Part shown: positions 45,552 through 55,644 of the stretch, in pieces
Layout: each line of letters opens with the position of its first letter
Numbering within the stretch: the stretch's first letter is position 1
Assembly: GCA_963715985.1 (NCBI GenBank)
Contig: CAVQSP010000014.1
Location: 640,001-704,000, forward strand
Reading direction: 5' to 3'
Source of the DNA: an uncultured Thermoleophilia bacterium
GTDB lineage: Bacteria; Actinomycetota; Thermoleophilia; UBA2241
DNA length: 64,000 bases
Translations under genes and position numbers: made by a program
The notes under the pieces: generated by a model
Told to the model about the DNA's origin: nothing
The model's database searches: none
The model's input: the letters and a program-made list of their open reading frames with translations, nothing else

Positions 45552-46972
45552 TGGCGACAGACGCCGCAGCCGTGAGCGCTCAAGCCACGGCGGACGCCCC
45601 CAAACGCCTGAGCCTCCTGCGCGTCCTCGGCCCCATGCACGTGTGGGCTCTGGGCGTGGGGATCGTGCTCGTGGGCGAGTTCATGGGCTGGAACTTCACC
45701 GTGGCCAAGGGAGGCGTGTTCGGTGGCCTCGTGGCATGCTGGTTCTCCGGCATCCTCTACTCGTGCGTCGCCATGATCGACTCCGAAGTGAGCTCCACCG
45801 TGGCGTCGGCAGGCGGGCAGTACGCGCAGGCCAAGCACATCCTCGGCCCCCTTGCGGCCTTCAACATCGCCCTGTTCATCATCTTCGAGTACTGCATGCT
45901 CTCGGCCGGCGACGCGCTTGTCATCGGAGCGCTGGTCAACAGCCTCAACCCGGTGCTCAGTCCGACGCCCTTCGTGGTGCTCACCATCGCCTTCCTGGCG
46001 TGGCTGAACTACCGGGGAGTGCACACCACGCTGACGTTCAACTTCATCATCACGGCCATCGCGTTCATCACGATCCTCGTGCTGATCGTCGGCGCCCGGT
46101 TCTGGGATCCCGGCTACATCACGCAGACCAAGGAGCTGTTCGCGCAGCCTCCGGGGAGCGCTGATCCCAAGATGCCCTACGGCTGGCTCGGCATCCTCGC
46201 CGCGCTCCAGTTCGGCATCTGGTACTACCTCGGCATCGAGGGCACGTGCCAGACGGCGGAAGAATGCCGCTCGGCACCGCGGGCGCTGCCGGTGGGCACG
46301 ATGTCCGGCCTCATCACCCTGCTGATCGCCGCCACGCTCACGTGGTACATCTGCACCGCCCTCGTCAACTGGATCACCCTGGGCTCGTCTGTGTACCCGC
46401 TCTACGACGCGGCGGTCAACACCGGCAAGGACTGGTTGATGGTCACCCTGTGGATCGGCTCGCTGCTGAGCTGTCTGGCGTCGTCCAACGGGTGCATCAA
46501 CGACGCCTCGCGAGCGTGGTTCGCGATGGGGCGCGACCAGTTCATCCCGAGGTGGTTCGGCGGCGTCCACCCCCGCTACAAGACGCCGTACCGCGCCATC
46601 CTGTTCCTCGTGCCGATCATGATCGCCTTCGGCTACACCGGGCTGCTCGACCAGGTCATCACCTTCTCGATCATCTCCGGCTGCCTCATCTACTTCATCA
46701 TGCCGCTCAACATGATCCGCTTCCGTCGGCTCTACCCGATGGACTCGATCAAGCGAGGGTACGTGTCACCGTTCCATCCGCTGCCGTCGTACGTGCTGTT
46801 CCTGTTCGTGCTCCTCACGTTCCTCGCCATGTACTTCGGCTACTGGCGCAACCTCGTGGCGGCGCTGGTCTTCTACGGCATCTGTTCGATCTGGTTCGTG
46901 CTGCACCGGTACAAGTTCGTCGACCGCACCAAGCTGTACACGATGCCGTGGCCACGGCCTAAGGGCTACTGA
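45551..46972 (+). CDS. APC family permease (ethanolamine-permease-like), candidate methylamine transporter
   Basis: VWALGVGIVLVGEFMGWN, GIEG..AEE, SRAWFAMGRD and HPRYKTPY motifs; about 12 TM. Confidence 0.88.
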   Translation: MATDAAAVSAQATADAPKRLSLLRVLGPMHVWALGVGIVLVGEFMGWNFTVAKGGVFGGLVACWFSGILYSCVAMIDSEVSSTVASAGGQYAQAKHILGPLAAFNIALFIIFEYCMLSAGDALVIGALVNSLNPVLSPTPFVVLTIAFLAWLNYRGVHTTLTFNFIITAIAFITILVLIVGARFWDPGYITQTKELFAQPPGSADPKMPYGWLGILAALQFGIWYYLGIEGTCQTAEECRSAPRALPVGTMSGLITLLIAATLTWYICTALVNWITLGSSVYPLYDAAVNTGKDWLMVTLWIGSLLSCLASSNGCINDASRAWFAMGRDQFIPRWFGGVHPRYKTPYRAILFLVPIMIAFGYTGLLDQVITFSIISGCLIYFIMPLNMIRFRRLYPMDSIKRGYVSPFHPLPSYVLFLFVLLTFLAMYFGYWRNLVAALVFYGICSIWFVLHRYKFVDRTKLYTMPWPRPKGY

Positions 46973-46989
46973 CAGGAGAGGAGGACGTC

Positions 46990-47433
46990 GTGTTCGAGAC
47001 TCTGCTGGTAGCCACCGACGGCTCCAAGGCGGCTCAGAAGGCCGTCGTCTGGGCGGTCGAGTTCGCCAAGCGACACGACTCCCGGCTCATCATCTGCAAC
47101 GTGACGCCGGAAGCGCGGACGAAGCTCAGGCGCACCGAGCCCAACCCGCCGCCGGAGGGCGATGTCTCGCCCGAGGACGCCGGCGACATCGTCTCCGCCG
47201 AGGCCTTGCATAGGGCGGAGAGGCTGGCGAAGAAGGCAGGGGTGAAGTACGAGCTCGATGAGGTGTACGGCAGGAACATCGCGGCTACCATCGCCAAGGA
47301 GGCGATGGCGGTCGGCGCCGACCACATCATCATCGGGTCGACCGGGATCACCGCGCTCACCACGTGCGTGCTCGGCTCGGTCGCACAGAACGTGGTCCAC
47401 TACGCCCACTGTCCCGTGACGGTGGTCCGGTAG
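46990..47433 (+). CDS. universal stress protein
   Basis: LLVATDGS, IIIGSTG and LGSVAQNVVHYAHCPVTVVR motifs. Confidence 0.92.
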   Translation: MFETLLVATDGSKAAQKAVVWAVEFAKRHDSRLIICNVTPEARTKLRRTEPNPPPEGDVSPEDAGDIVSAEALHRAERLAKKAGVKYELDEVYGRNIAATIAKEAMAVGADHIIIGSTGITALTTCVLGSVAQNVVHYAHCPVTVVR

Positions 47434-47479
47434 ATGAACATCCGGGGCCGCAGCCGCGGCGGAGGGAGGTGACGGCGTC

Positions 47480-48148
47480 ATGGACACTGGACTCGCCGTC
47501 AGACTGGCCATCGTCGTGGCTGCGGCCCTGCTGCTGACCTACGTCTTCCTCGCCTACGTGCGGCGAGACCGCAAGAAGACCCAGCACATGCTCGACCCGT
47601 TCCTCAACGCTATCGACCACCCGCAGGTCGGACGCAGCCCTTGGGGCTACGAGTTCCTCGAGGGGTCGTTCGGCGGGCGCCCGGTGCGGGTGAGCCTGAT
47701 CCCGGACTCGCTGATCACCCGCACGTTGCCGACGCTCTGGCTGGAGGTGCGCTGGGCGCGGCCCAGCGATGCCTTCCTGTGCGTCATCACGCTGTGCAAC
47801 GGCATGGAGTACTTCGCCGACGAGGTCGACGAGGGCAGCCTGCTCGTCACGCCCAGCACGTGGCCCCAGTCTGTGCGGGTGCGCGGCAAGGGCCCGGCAA
47901 GCTCGGCCCTGGCGCGTCGTCTGAACGGCTTCGATGTCGACGCGTACAAAGACCTCAAGATGGTCTCGCTCAGCGAGACCGAGACCAAGGTGATCATGCG
48001 CTGTGCCCGTGGGGACTTGCAGCTCTACAGGGTGTTGCGCTCCGCGAGTTTCCCTGAGGATTCGGTGAAGCCGGAGCTGGTGGAAGAGACCGTCCGGGTA
48101 CTCCGTGACATCGACCGCATGCTCGAGAGCGAAGAGGAGGTCGCGTGA
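47480..48148 (+). CDS. hypothetical membrane-anchored protein
   Basis: GGAGG RBS, N-terminal TM, in operon arrangement with its neighbours. Confidence 0.75.
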   Translation: MDTGLAVRLAIVVAAALLLTYVFLAYVRRDRKKTQHMLDPFLNAIDHPQVGRSPWGYEFLEGSFGGRPVRVSLIPDSLITRTLPTLWLEVRWARPSDAFLCVITLCNGMEYFADEVDEGSLLVTPSTWPQSVRVRGKGPASSALARRLNGFDVDAYKDLKMVSLSETETKVIMRCARGDLQLYRVLRSASFPEDSVKPELVEETVRVLRDIDRMLESEEEVA

Positions 48149-48693
48149 TGGGCAGGACCCGCAGCGCCAAGCCGCAGAAGGAGGCGCCGAAGGGCGAGCT
48201 CAAGAAGCCGCGCCCGGTATGGTTCGTCACCCTCATGGCGTTCGTGCTGCCCGGCAGCGGGCAGATGTTCAACGGTGCGCCGGCGCGCGGCATCATCATG
48301 CAGTTCGGCATGGTCTTCGGCGGCTACGTCTCCTACCAGCTGACCACGCCCGAGATCTCGCCCATCGGCCGGCTCGCCGGCGGCCTGCTGGTCTGGGTCT
48401 TCTCCATCGTCGACGCCAACGGCATCGCCAACCGGCGCGTCAGGGCGTGGGCCCGCATCGAGGCGGCACAAGCCGGGAAGCCGTCGCAGAACACCGGGAG
48501 TCCGGCTCCGAGCCGGCGTGCCAAGAACGGAACGTCGGGCAAAGCCCCCAAGGGCGCCGCCCGCAAGAGGCGCGTCGACAGCGCCGCTCCACGCGGGGCC
48601 GTGGTCGCCGGCGCGGACATGGGACCCGCCTCGATCACACCCATGCCCGGGGGCGGGACCTCCGCGGCGGTAGCGGCTTCAGAGCCTCACTGA
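48145..48693 (+). CDS. hypothetical membrane protein
   Basis: AFVLPGSGQMFNG...LLVWVFSIVDA; overlaps the previous stop codon. Confidence 0.7.
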   Translation: MMGRTRSAKPQKEAPKGELKKPRPVWFVTLMAFVLPGSGQMFNGAPARGIIMQFGMVFGGYVSYQLTTPEISPIGRLAGGLLVWVFSIVDANGIANRRVRAWARIEAAQAGKPSQNTGSPAPSRRAKNGTSGKAPKGAARKRRVDSAAPRGAVVAGADMGPASITPMPGGGTSAAVAASEPH

Positions 48694-48762
48694 GGCCGCT
48701 CGCGGCCAACGTGAAGCGCGAGGCGCCCGATCGTCGACCGTGACCGGTAGGGTCCCCGCCGC

Positions 48763-49098
48763 TCACGCGAAGATGCGGCGCCCGAAGATCACCACCACGA
48801 CGCCGACCATGGTGATGGCCGCACCGATGAAGTCGTAGCGGTCGGGGGTGTTTCCGTCGATCGCCCAGCCCCACACCATCGCCCCGACGAGGAAGACACC
48901 TGCGTAGGCCGCGTACACGCGCCCGTACGCCCCCTCCGGCTGATACGTCTGGATGATGGCGTAGAAGAGCAGGGCGGCCAGGCCGACCAGAGCGAGAAAC
49001 GCCGTCCCGCCGCCCTTGAGCCAGCGCCAAAAAGCGTAGGTCCCTCCCAACTCACCGAGGGCGGCAAGGATGTAGATCGCGAAGGTCTTGACGATCAC
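48763..49098 (-). CDS. YnfA/UPF0060 family small membrane protein
   Basis: AALGELGGTY, YGRVYAAYAGVF and PDRYDFIG motifs. Confidence 0.88.
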   Translation of the reverse strand: MIVKTFAIYILAALGELGGTYAFWRWLKGGGTAFLALVGLAALLFYAIIQTYQPEGAYGRVYAAYAGVFLVGAMVWGWAIDGNTPDRYDFIGAAITMVGVVVVIFGRRIFA

Positions 49099-50054
49099 GG
49101 CGTCACCTCTCAGATGCGTGCGGGGTGGTCACATCCCCGGTGGGACGTGGTGGGACGGCTGCTTCTGGGCCGCGACCGTTCGACTGGTCGCACGATGCGT
49201 GGAGCGCGGCGCCTCTCCGTTGTCGCGGCACTCCTCAGAGACGGTCCTCCTCACGGCACCTGCGTCCCGCCGATGACCCGGCTGGGCCGGCGTCGTCAGC
49301 GTAGTGGCTGGAGAGGCGAACCTCAATCGCCGCCCGGACTGCGCGCCGAGCGGCGCCGGCTGTGCCGCCCTCAGGCGACCGACCCAGGCACTCACCGGTC
49401 CTTCGCCCGAGGTGGAGTTCAGCCCTCAGCCCTCTGCACACCCTCCTGTCTTCTGCCGGGATGGTCCCGGAGGCATCGCCGTGGCCTGGTGCCGAAGGGA
49501 GGATGACTGCTGACGGAGGCGCGATGCACATCCGCGAGAGGCGATCAGGCCAACTGCGGACGAGCGCGTATGCGAGTTGACCGCCCGGAAACCGGTCGAG
49601 ACGGTGCGGGAGCGGCGCGCCTCTCTGCGGGAACGCGACGTCGACGCCATCGTGCGGCCGGCGGGGAGCCGTTGTTGGGGCACACACGTAGCGGGGCGGG
49701 GCTCGATGCACCGAGACGGACTGGGCGCGCCAGGGCGTCCGCGGTGACGAGACCGTGTTGACGATGGAGACCGAAGAAGATGCCACGACGAAGCCGGCTG
49801 AGCTGGAGTCCGCCGGTAAGCATCACGTGCGGATCGGGAGGACCGGTGGAGCCGCGGCGAACTGGCCGATGTGACGCACGGCCACACGATCGCCGCCTGA
49901 CCGGACGGCGCCCCGTGGGGGCGCCATCCGCCTGAGAACCGCGCCATCTCGGCGGGCCGGGGCGTCGTTGGGCATGCGCTCCGGGCCAGGATGTGGCGCC
50001 TTTTCCGAGGGCGGCCGCAGAGAGCATCCGCGCCCCTGTACAAGCGGGAAGCAC

Positions 50055-50085
50055 TTGACCGGCGGCGTGGGACAACGCGTATACT
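50055..50085 (+). promoter_or_regulatory. possible sigma70-type promoter for mtmB copy 2
   Basis: TTGACC-N19-TATACT; spacing is longer than ideal. Confidence 0.4.
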
Positions 50086-50409
50086 CGTGCTCCACCGGCA
50101 CAGCGTCTTCCCGCCGGCGCGCGATGTCCTCGCCGAGCGGCGCACAAGGAGGCGCGACCCTGGTTCGTAGGCGCAGCACTGGTCCTGGGGCTTCGGACCG
50201 ATCCAGTCGGCCGGGGAGATGTGTCCCGGGCCGCCCGATGCGCGCCCGCACCGGCAGTAGCCCGACGGTGGCCCGCGTCACCGTCGCCGTCCATTCCGCA
50301 CACCATGGTCCCTTCGCGGACCAGGCTGGCCAGGAGGTGATGCCTTCCGTCCGATAGTCGGGATGCACGTCGCCAACCTAGACAAGCTAGGCACGAGAGG
50401 AGGAGCCAC

Positions 50410-51816
50410 ATGGCTGGACCTGGGACGAAAGCCCAGCGCGAGCGCATGACGGTCTTCGAGGCGTATGAGAGGGCCCGCAAGGGTCCCAAGGTGGACGAGG
50501 CGGTCTGGAACTTCGAGATCATCCCGCAGACCGCCAAGCGCCTCAAGGAGAAGTACGAGATCGAGATGGACAAGGCCGTCATGGTCCCCACCGATCCCGC
50601 GCTCATGAACAAGCTCTACAAGGCCGGTCTCGAGATGCTCGTCGAGTGCGGCGTCTACGTGATCAACACCGGCCGCGTCATCAAGTACACGGAGGAGGAG
50701 GTCCTCCTCGGCGTCGCCACCGCCCCCAAGGAGTGCATGATCGGTGAGGGGCTGCACGGCCGGCGCATGTCCTACCGCTCCCACAAGGACACGCGTCCAC
50801 CGCTCGTCCAGGGCGGCCCCACCGGGGCTCCCTGCAGCGAGCAGTACTTCTTCCCGATCCACGAGTCCTACGCCAAGGAGGGCATCGTCGACTGCATCGT
50901 CGACGGCGTGCTCTCCACCGTGAACGGCTACAACCCCGCCCCCGACACCCCCTGGGAGGTCCTCGCCGGCCGCCAGGAGATCATGATGGTGCGCATGGCG
51001 CAGGCCAAGTGCGGCCGCGCGGGCATGGGCTTGTAGGGCCCCGAGACCACGCTGAACGCAGCCGCCACGATCTCGCAGGACTTCCCCGGCGGCATGCGGA
51101 CCACGGACAACCACGAGGTCTCGCAGCTGAATGAGTTGAAGACCGACCTAGGCGCGTTGCTCTTCACCTCTCATTACAATCTCTCTGCAGACACCGTGAT
51201 GGTCGAGCAGATGCCGATCTTCGGCGGCTTCGCCGGTGGTCTCGAGGAGACGACCATCGTCAACGTCGCGACGCATCTCAACTCGTTCGTCACGTTCGGC
51301 GGCACCTGGCATCTCGACGGTCCTGTGCACATGCGGTGGGGCATCACGACGACCAGGGAGGCCCTGGCCATCGCGGGTCACGCCATCATGGCGGTCAACT
51401 CCGTCTGGCCGCTCCTCAGCGGCAACCAGTACTACACGATGGCCGGCCCCTGCACGGTCATGTGCCTCCTGGAGACCGCCGCGCAGGCGATCACCGACAC
51501 CGCCAGCGGCCGCGAGATCATGAGCGGCGTGGCCGCCGCCAAGGGCGTCATCACCGACAAGACCACGGGCATGGAGGCGCGCTTCATGGGCGAGTGCGCG
51601 CACGCCGTCGCCGGCATGCCCACGGAGCAGACCAACGAGATCCTCGACGCGCTGGTGAAGATGTACGAGGGCGACTACAAGACCGCCGACCAAGGCAAGT
51701 TCTTCCCCGAGTGCTACGACGTCGAGAAGGTCGTCCCGACCGACGAGTACCTCGAGGTCTACGACAAGGCCTGTGCGGCGATGAAGAGCCTGGGCGTCAA
51801 CTACAAGCTCTGGTGA
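50410..51816 (+). CDS. mtmB: monomethylamine:corrinoid methyltransferase copy 2, pyrrolysine at TAG 51034-51036
   Basis: Same in-frame amber and GMGL-O-GPET motif as copy 1; five amino-acid differences seen. Confidence 0.95.
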
Positions 51817-51864
51817 GCGGCACCCGGTCAGCGAACACGCCGAGTTTGAGGAGGCTCTAGGCAA

Positions 51865-52512
51865 ATGGGAGAAGCTGAGTTCATCAAAGAAGCGATCGAC
51901 GCGCTGTTGACCAGCGACAAAGAGAAGGCCGTGGACGTCGCCAACCGCGCCATCGCCGCCGGCGTGGCGCCGGACAAGCTGATGGCGGACGGCTTCGTGG
52001 TCGGCATCCGCCAGCTCGGCGACAAGTTCGACGAGGGCGAGGTCTACCTGCCCGAGCTGATGCTCGCGGCGGCGGCCATGGAAGCCGCCATGGCCATCTG
52101 CAACGCGGCCCTGCCGGAGGGCAAGAGCGAGACCCGCGGCGTCGTCGTCATCGGCACCGTCGAGGGCGACGTGCACGACATCGGCAAGGCCATCGTCTGC
52201 GCCTACCTGCGCGCCAACGGCTACGAGGTCCACGACCTCGGCCGCGACGTGCCCGTGGAGGAGTTCGTCGACAAGGCCGAGGCGGTCGACGCCGACATCA
52301 TCGGCGCCAGCGCCCTGCTCACCGCCACGATGCGCAAGCAGTCGGAGATCGTCGCCGAGCTCAAGGACCGCGGTCTCCGCGACAAGTACAAGTTCGTCGT
52401 CGGCGGCGCCCCCTGCACGCAGGAGTACGCCGACTCCATCGAGGCCGACGCCTACGCGGCCGACGCCAGCGACGGCGTCAAGAAGATCGAGGAGCTGCTG
52501 GGCGCGAAGTAA
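51865..52512 (+). CDS. mtmC: monomethylamine corrinoid protein copy 2
   Basis: DVHDIGK B12-binding motif; one V>I difference from copy 1. Confidence 0.9.
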   Translation: MGEAEFIKEAIDALLTSDKEKAVDVANRAIAAGVAPDKLMADGFVVGIRQLGDKFDEGEVYLPELMLAAAAMEAAMAICNAALPEGKSETRGVVVIGTVEGDVHDIGKAIVCAYLRANGYEVHDLGRDVPVEEFVDKAEAVDADIIGASALLTATMRKQSEIVAELKDRGLRDKYKFVVGGAPCTQEYADSIEADAYAADASDGVKKIEELLGAK

Positions 52513-52550
52513 GTCGCCGCGCGCCCGGCAGGCCTGCCACACCTGCCGAC

Positions 52551-52593
52551 GGAGGGCGGCGCCCGCGGGAGCGGGCGCCGCCCTCCTCTTTCT
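52551..52593 (+). terminator. intrinsic terminator after mtmC copy 2
   Basis: GGAGGGCGGCGCCCGC-GGGA-GCGGGCGCCGCCCTCC followed by TCTTTCT. Confidence 0.7.
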
Positions 52594-52697
52594 GGACACA
52601 TTCCTGCGGGCCCGAGGTGCGGGACGGTCGTGCGGTGGGTACCGTAACCTGTACGCGGCCTCAGCGAGCCCGATCGACCCCGAGTGGAAGGACACGA

Positions 52698-52907
52698 ATG
52701 GCGGTGATCCTGTATTCGCGGCCCGACTGCCCCTACTGCGATGCCGCGCGTCGCTACCTGGACGACCGTGGTGATCCCTACGAGGAGCGCGACATCACCG
52801 TGGACCCAGAGGCAGAGCAGGCCGTGGCGGCCATCACCGGCGGCCCGCTGACCGTACCGATCACCGTGGAGGACGGCGACGTGAGGGTCGGCTTTCCGTA
52901 CACCTGA
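52698..52907 (+). CDS. glutaredoxin-like protein
   Basis: LYSRPDCPYC, TVP and VGF motifs; GGAAGGA RBS. Confidence 0.88.
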   Translation: MAVILYSRPDCPYCDAARRYLDDRGDPYEERDITVDPEAEQAVAAITGGPLTVPITVEDGDVRVGFPYT

Positions 52908-53101
52908 GGCGGGGCGCGAGGGCGCACGCGCTGGATCTTCCAGCACGACCCCGAGCGCAGGCGCGCGTGACGCGCCACCATCCTCCGGCAATCGGCGCCG
53001 CCCATGTTCCGGAATGGCAAAAGAGATGTCGGTATGTGCGCCAGATTGGCGCATATGGAGCCTGCACCGTGACGATTCGTGAACTTCTGCACGTGCAAAC
53101 C

Positions 53102-53130
53102 TTGACTGGGCCAGCGTGCATCCATACATT
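53102..53130 (+). promoter_or_regulatory. sigma70-type promoter upstream of mtbB
   Basis: TTGACT-N17-TACATT. Confidence 0.65.
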
Positions 53131-53398
53131 GTGTCGCACACGTGAAGCCCGCAATGCCCGTACGGAGTACTTGCGGGCTTCGTGAGCGAACTAGGCCAAT
53201 GACTCCGAACGCCGGCAGCCGTATCCCGCCGTCGGCAGAGGGAGGCCCGTCCTGTGACGGCGCAGCACGCGATGCGATCCATCGAGCTGGTCTGGTCTGT
53301 GGGGGCGCTCACGCCCCAGCTGAGCCGCGCCGCCGCGCGCCCCCCGCCCGCCACTACCCTGTCTCCGCGCTTTCTCACCACAATGGAGGTGTGACGCA

Positions 53399-54800
53399 GT
53401 GAGCAAGATCTGGACCCGAATGGGTGACGGCAACGCCGTCGAGCTGACCCCAGACGAACTCCGCCAAGACATCATCGCGGCGACTGAAGACGCCGCGGAC
53501 AAGGGACACATCCCGGCCCTTGAAGAGAACGAGATCGACCACCTGTACGACCTGTTCGCGGCACCGTACCGCATCATCGGCGTCGAGCCCGGCCACGAAG
53601 TGCCGCTGACCAAGGACGAAACGGCGTGCACCCTCGTCTCCTCGCAGCTGTCGAGTGGTTCACACCTGGCGATAAGCCGCGAAGACGCGGTCGAAGTCTT
53701 CGAGCGCGTCTTCGCGTTCGACACTATGGAACTGGGCTGGATCGATTACTCGTTCAAGCCGGCGAAGCCCATGGTCTCGTTGGACCAGGTCTCCATCGAA
53801 CGCATCATGGCGACCACCGTGTTCCCGGTGCTCTACGGCGCCATGCCGAATATGGGCCTGTACTACACGCCCGACGGCCCGTACATCAACCCTGCAGACC
53901 TGCTCGGCATGATGAAGGTCGAGGAGGCGCGCGAGGAGGAGATGAAGGCCTCCGAGCTGTGCATGGAGGACATGATCTTCGTCTGCGAGCGCATGAACGA
54001 GATCGGCGCCGACGGCATCGACTTCGACACCACGGCCTCGGCCGGGTGACGCCGACTTCCTCGCGACCCTCAAGACGGTCGAGCACCTGAAGAAGACCAC
54101 CGACCTCGGCATCGAGATGGGCATGTCGGGCGAGTTCATCCTCGGCATGCACGGCGAGGTCGAGTACAACGGCACGCGACTTGCGGGCCTCTTCCCGCAC
54201 CAGCAGCTCAAGTGCGCGGAACAGGCAGGCGTCGACATCTTCGGCCCCGTGGTCAACACGAAGACCAACAAGTCCTGCGCTTGGAACGTGGCCCGCGCTG
54301 TGACCTTCGTCAAGGAGGTCTGCAAGCAGGCCACCATCCCGATCCACGCGAACGTGGGTATGGGTGTGGGCGGCACGCCGATGTTCGAGACGCCGCCGAT
54401 CGACGCTCTCAGTCGCGCGAGCGTGGCCATGGTCGAGATCGCCAAGGTCGACGGCTTGTAGGTCGGCGTGGGCGATCCCTACGGCATGTCCGTAATGCAT
54501 TCGATCGCATCCGGAATGGGTGGCATCCGCACCGCTGGAGACCTGGTGGCAAGGATGGAGCTCAATTACCGGATGAGGCTCCCCGAGGCGAAGAAGTACG
54601 TGGCCGACAAGCTCGGCATCAGCGCGTTCGACCTGTCGGACTCCACGGTCATGCGCAACCTGCGCGAGGAGCTCGACATCGGCGTCATCGAGGCGATCCC
54701 CGGCCTCTCCAAGGGGTACACCGCCAAGGCGCGTATCGCCGACCTTCTCGACATCAAGATCAACGGTGTCGAGCGGCAGAAGGCGAAGATGCCGGCCTGA
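53399..54800 (+). CDS. mtbB: dimethylamine:corrinoid methyltransferase, pyrrolysine at TAG 54459-54461; +1 frameshift at GGG 54044-54046 (probable sequencing error)
   Basis: RMGDG and [16 protein letters not shown] motifs; [12 protein letters not shown] restored by deleting one G; VDGL-O-VGVGDP matches MtbB VDGI-O-IGVGDP; repaired length about 466 aa. Confidence 0.93.
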
Positions 54801-54857
54801 TGACGCGCTCTGTCGTCCAGCAGGTTTGGCCAAATCTGACCCACGGAGGTCACAGGC

Positions 54858-55502
54858 ATGGCAAATGAAGACTTCTATGCGGACGCGGCTGCCGCTATCC
54901 GCGCGTGCGACGCCGACAAGGCGGCTCAGGTAGCGACGGACGCCCTTGCGGCCGGCGTGGCGCCTGACGACATGCTGAAGCTGGGGTTCATCCCGGGCAT
55001 CAGCAAGATGGGCGATCTCTTCGAGCGCGGCGAGGTGTTCCTCCCCGAGCTCGTCCTCGCAGCCAACGCCATGACGGCGGCCGCCGCGGTGTGCAACGCG
55101 GCTCTCCCCGAGGGCGAAGCGGAGGCGAAGGCCACCGTCGTTATCGGCACCGTCCAGGGTGACGTGCACGATATCGGCAAGACCATCGTCGTCGCCTTCC
55201 TGAGGGCGAACGGCTACGACGTGTACGACCTCGGCCGTGACATCTCGAGCGACAAGTTCATCGCTGCCGCCGAGGAGCGCAAGGCCACGGTCATCGGCAT
55301 GAGCGCTCTGCTCACCACCACCATGCGCGAGCAGACGCGCATCATCGAGGCCCTCAAGGCCGCGGGTCTGCGCGACAAGTACAAGGTCATCGTCGGCGGC
55401 GGCGCCTGCACGCAGCAGTGGGCCGACAAGATCGGCGCGGACGCCTACGCCGAAGACGCCAACGACGGCGTGCGCAAGGTCAACGAGCTGACGGGCAACT
55501 GA
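54858..55502 (+). CDS. mtbC: dimethylamine corrinoid protein
   Basis: FLPELV, GTVQGDVHDIGK and SALLTTT motifs; follows mtbB. Confidence 0.88.
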   Translation: MANEDFYADAAAAIRACDADKAAQVATDALAAGVAPDDMLKLGFIPGISKMGDLFERGEVFLPELVLAANAMTAAAAVCNAALPEGEAEAKATVVIGTVQGDVHDIGKTIVVAFLRANGYDVYDLGRDISSDKFIAAAEERKATVIGMSALLTTTMREQTRIIEALKAAGLRDKYKVIVGGGACTQQWADKIGADAYAEDANDGVRKVNELTGN

Positions 55503-55527
55503 TCCCGCGCTCGTAGAAGAGCACACC

Positions 55528-55583
55528 GGCGGCGCGGCCGGGCCTGCGAGAGCAGCCCCGGCCGCGCCGCCTCCCTCGTTCTG
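55528..55583 (+). terminator. hairpin downstream of mtbC
   Basis: GGCGGCGCGGCCGGG...CCCGGCCGCGCCGCC followed by a pyrimidine-rich run. Confidence 0.5.
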
Positions 55584-55644
55584 GGGCATTCCGTTCTGCG
55601 CGACCACTCCGATCGCCAACAGAGCCGCCAGTCCGCCTCGTCGA

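Larger units (their letters stand above)
50398..52584 (+). repeat. copy 2 of the mtmB-mtmC duplication
   Basis: Matches 42098-44284. Confidence 0.97.

Noticed and set aside
47431-47472. Pyl read-through at the USP TAG
   Set aside because: The TAG follows the canonical USP C-terminus (CPVTVVR) and the extension is short and non-conserved-looking.
54047-54049. TGA inside mtbB as a selenocysteine codon
   Set aside because: Similarity to MtbB continues in the +1 frame (GDADF), not in the same frame, so this is a frameshift rather than recoding.
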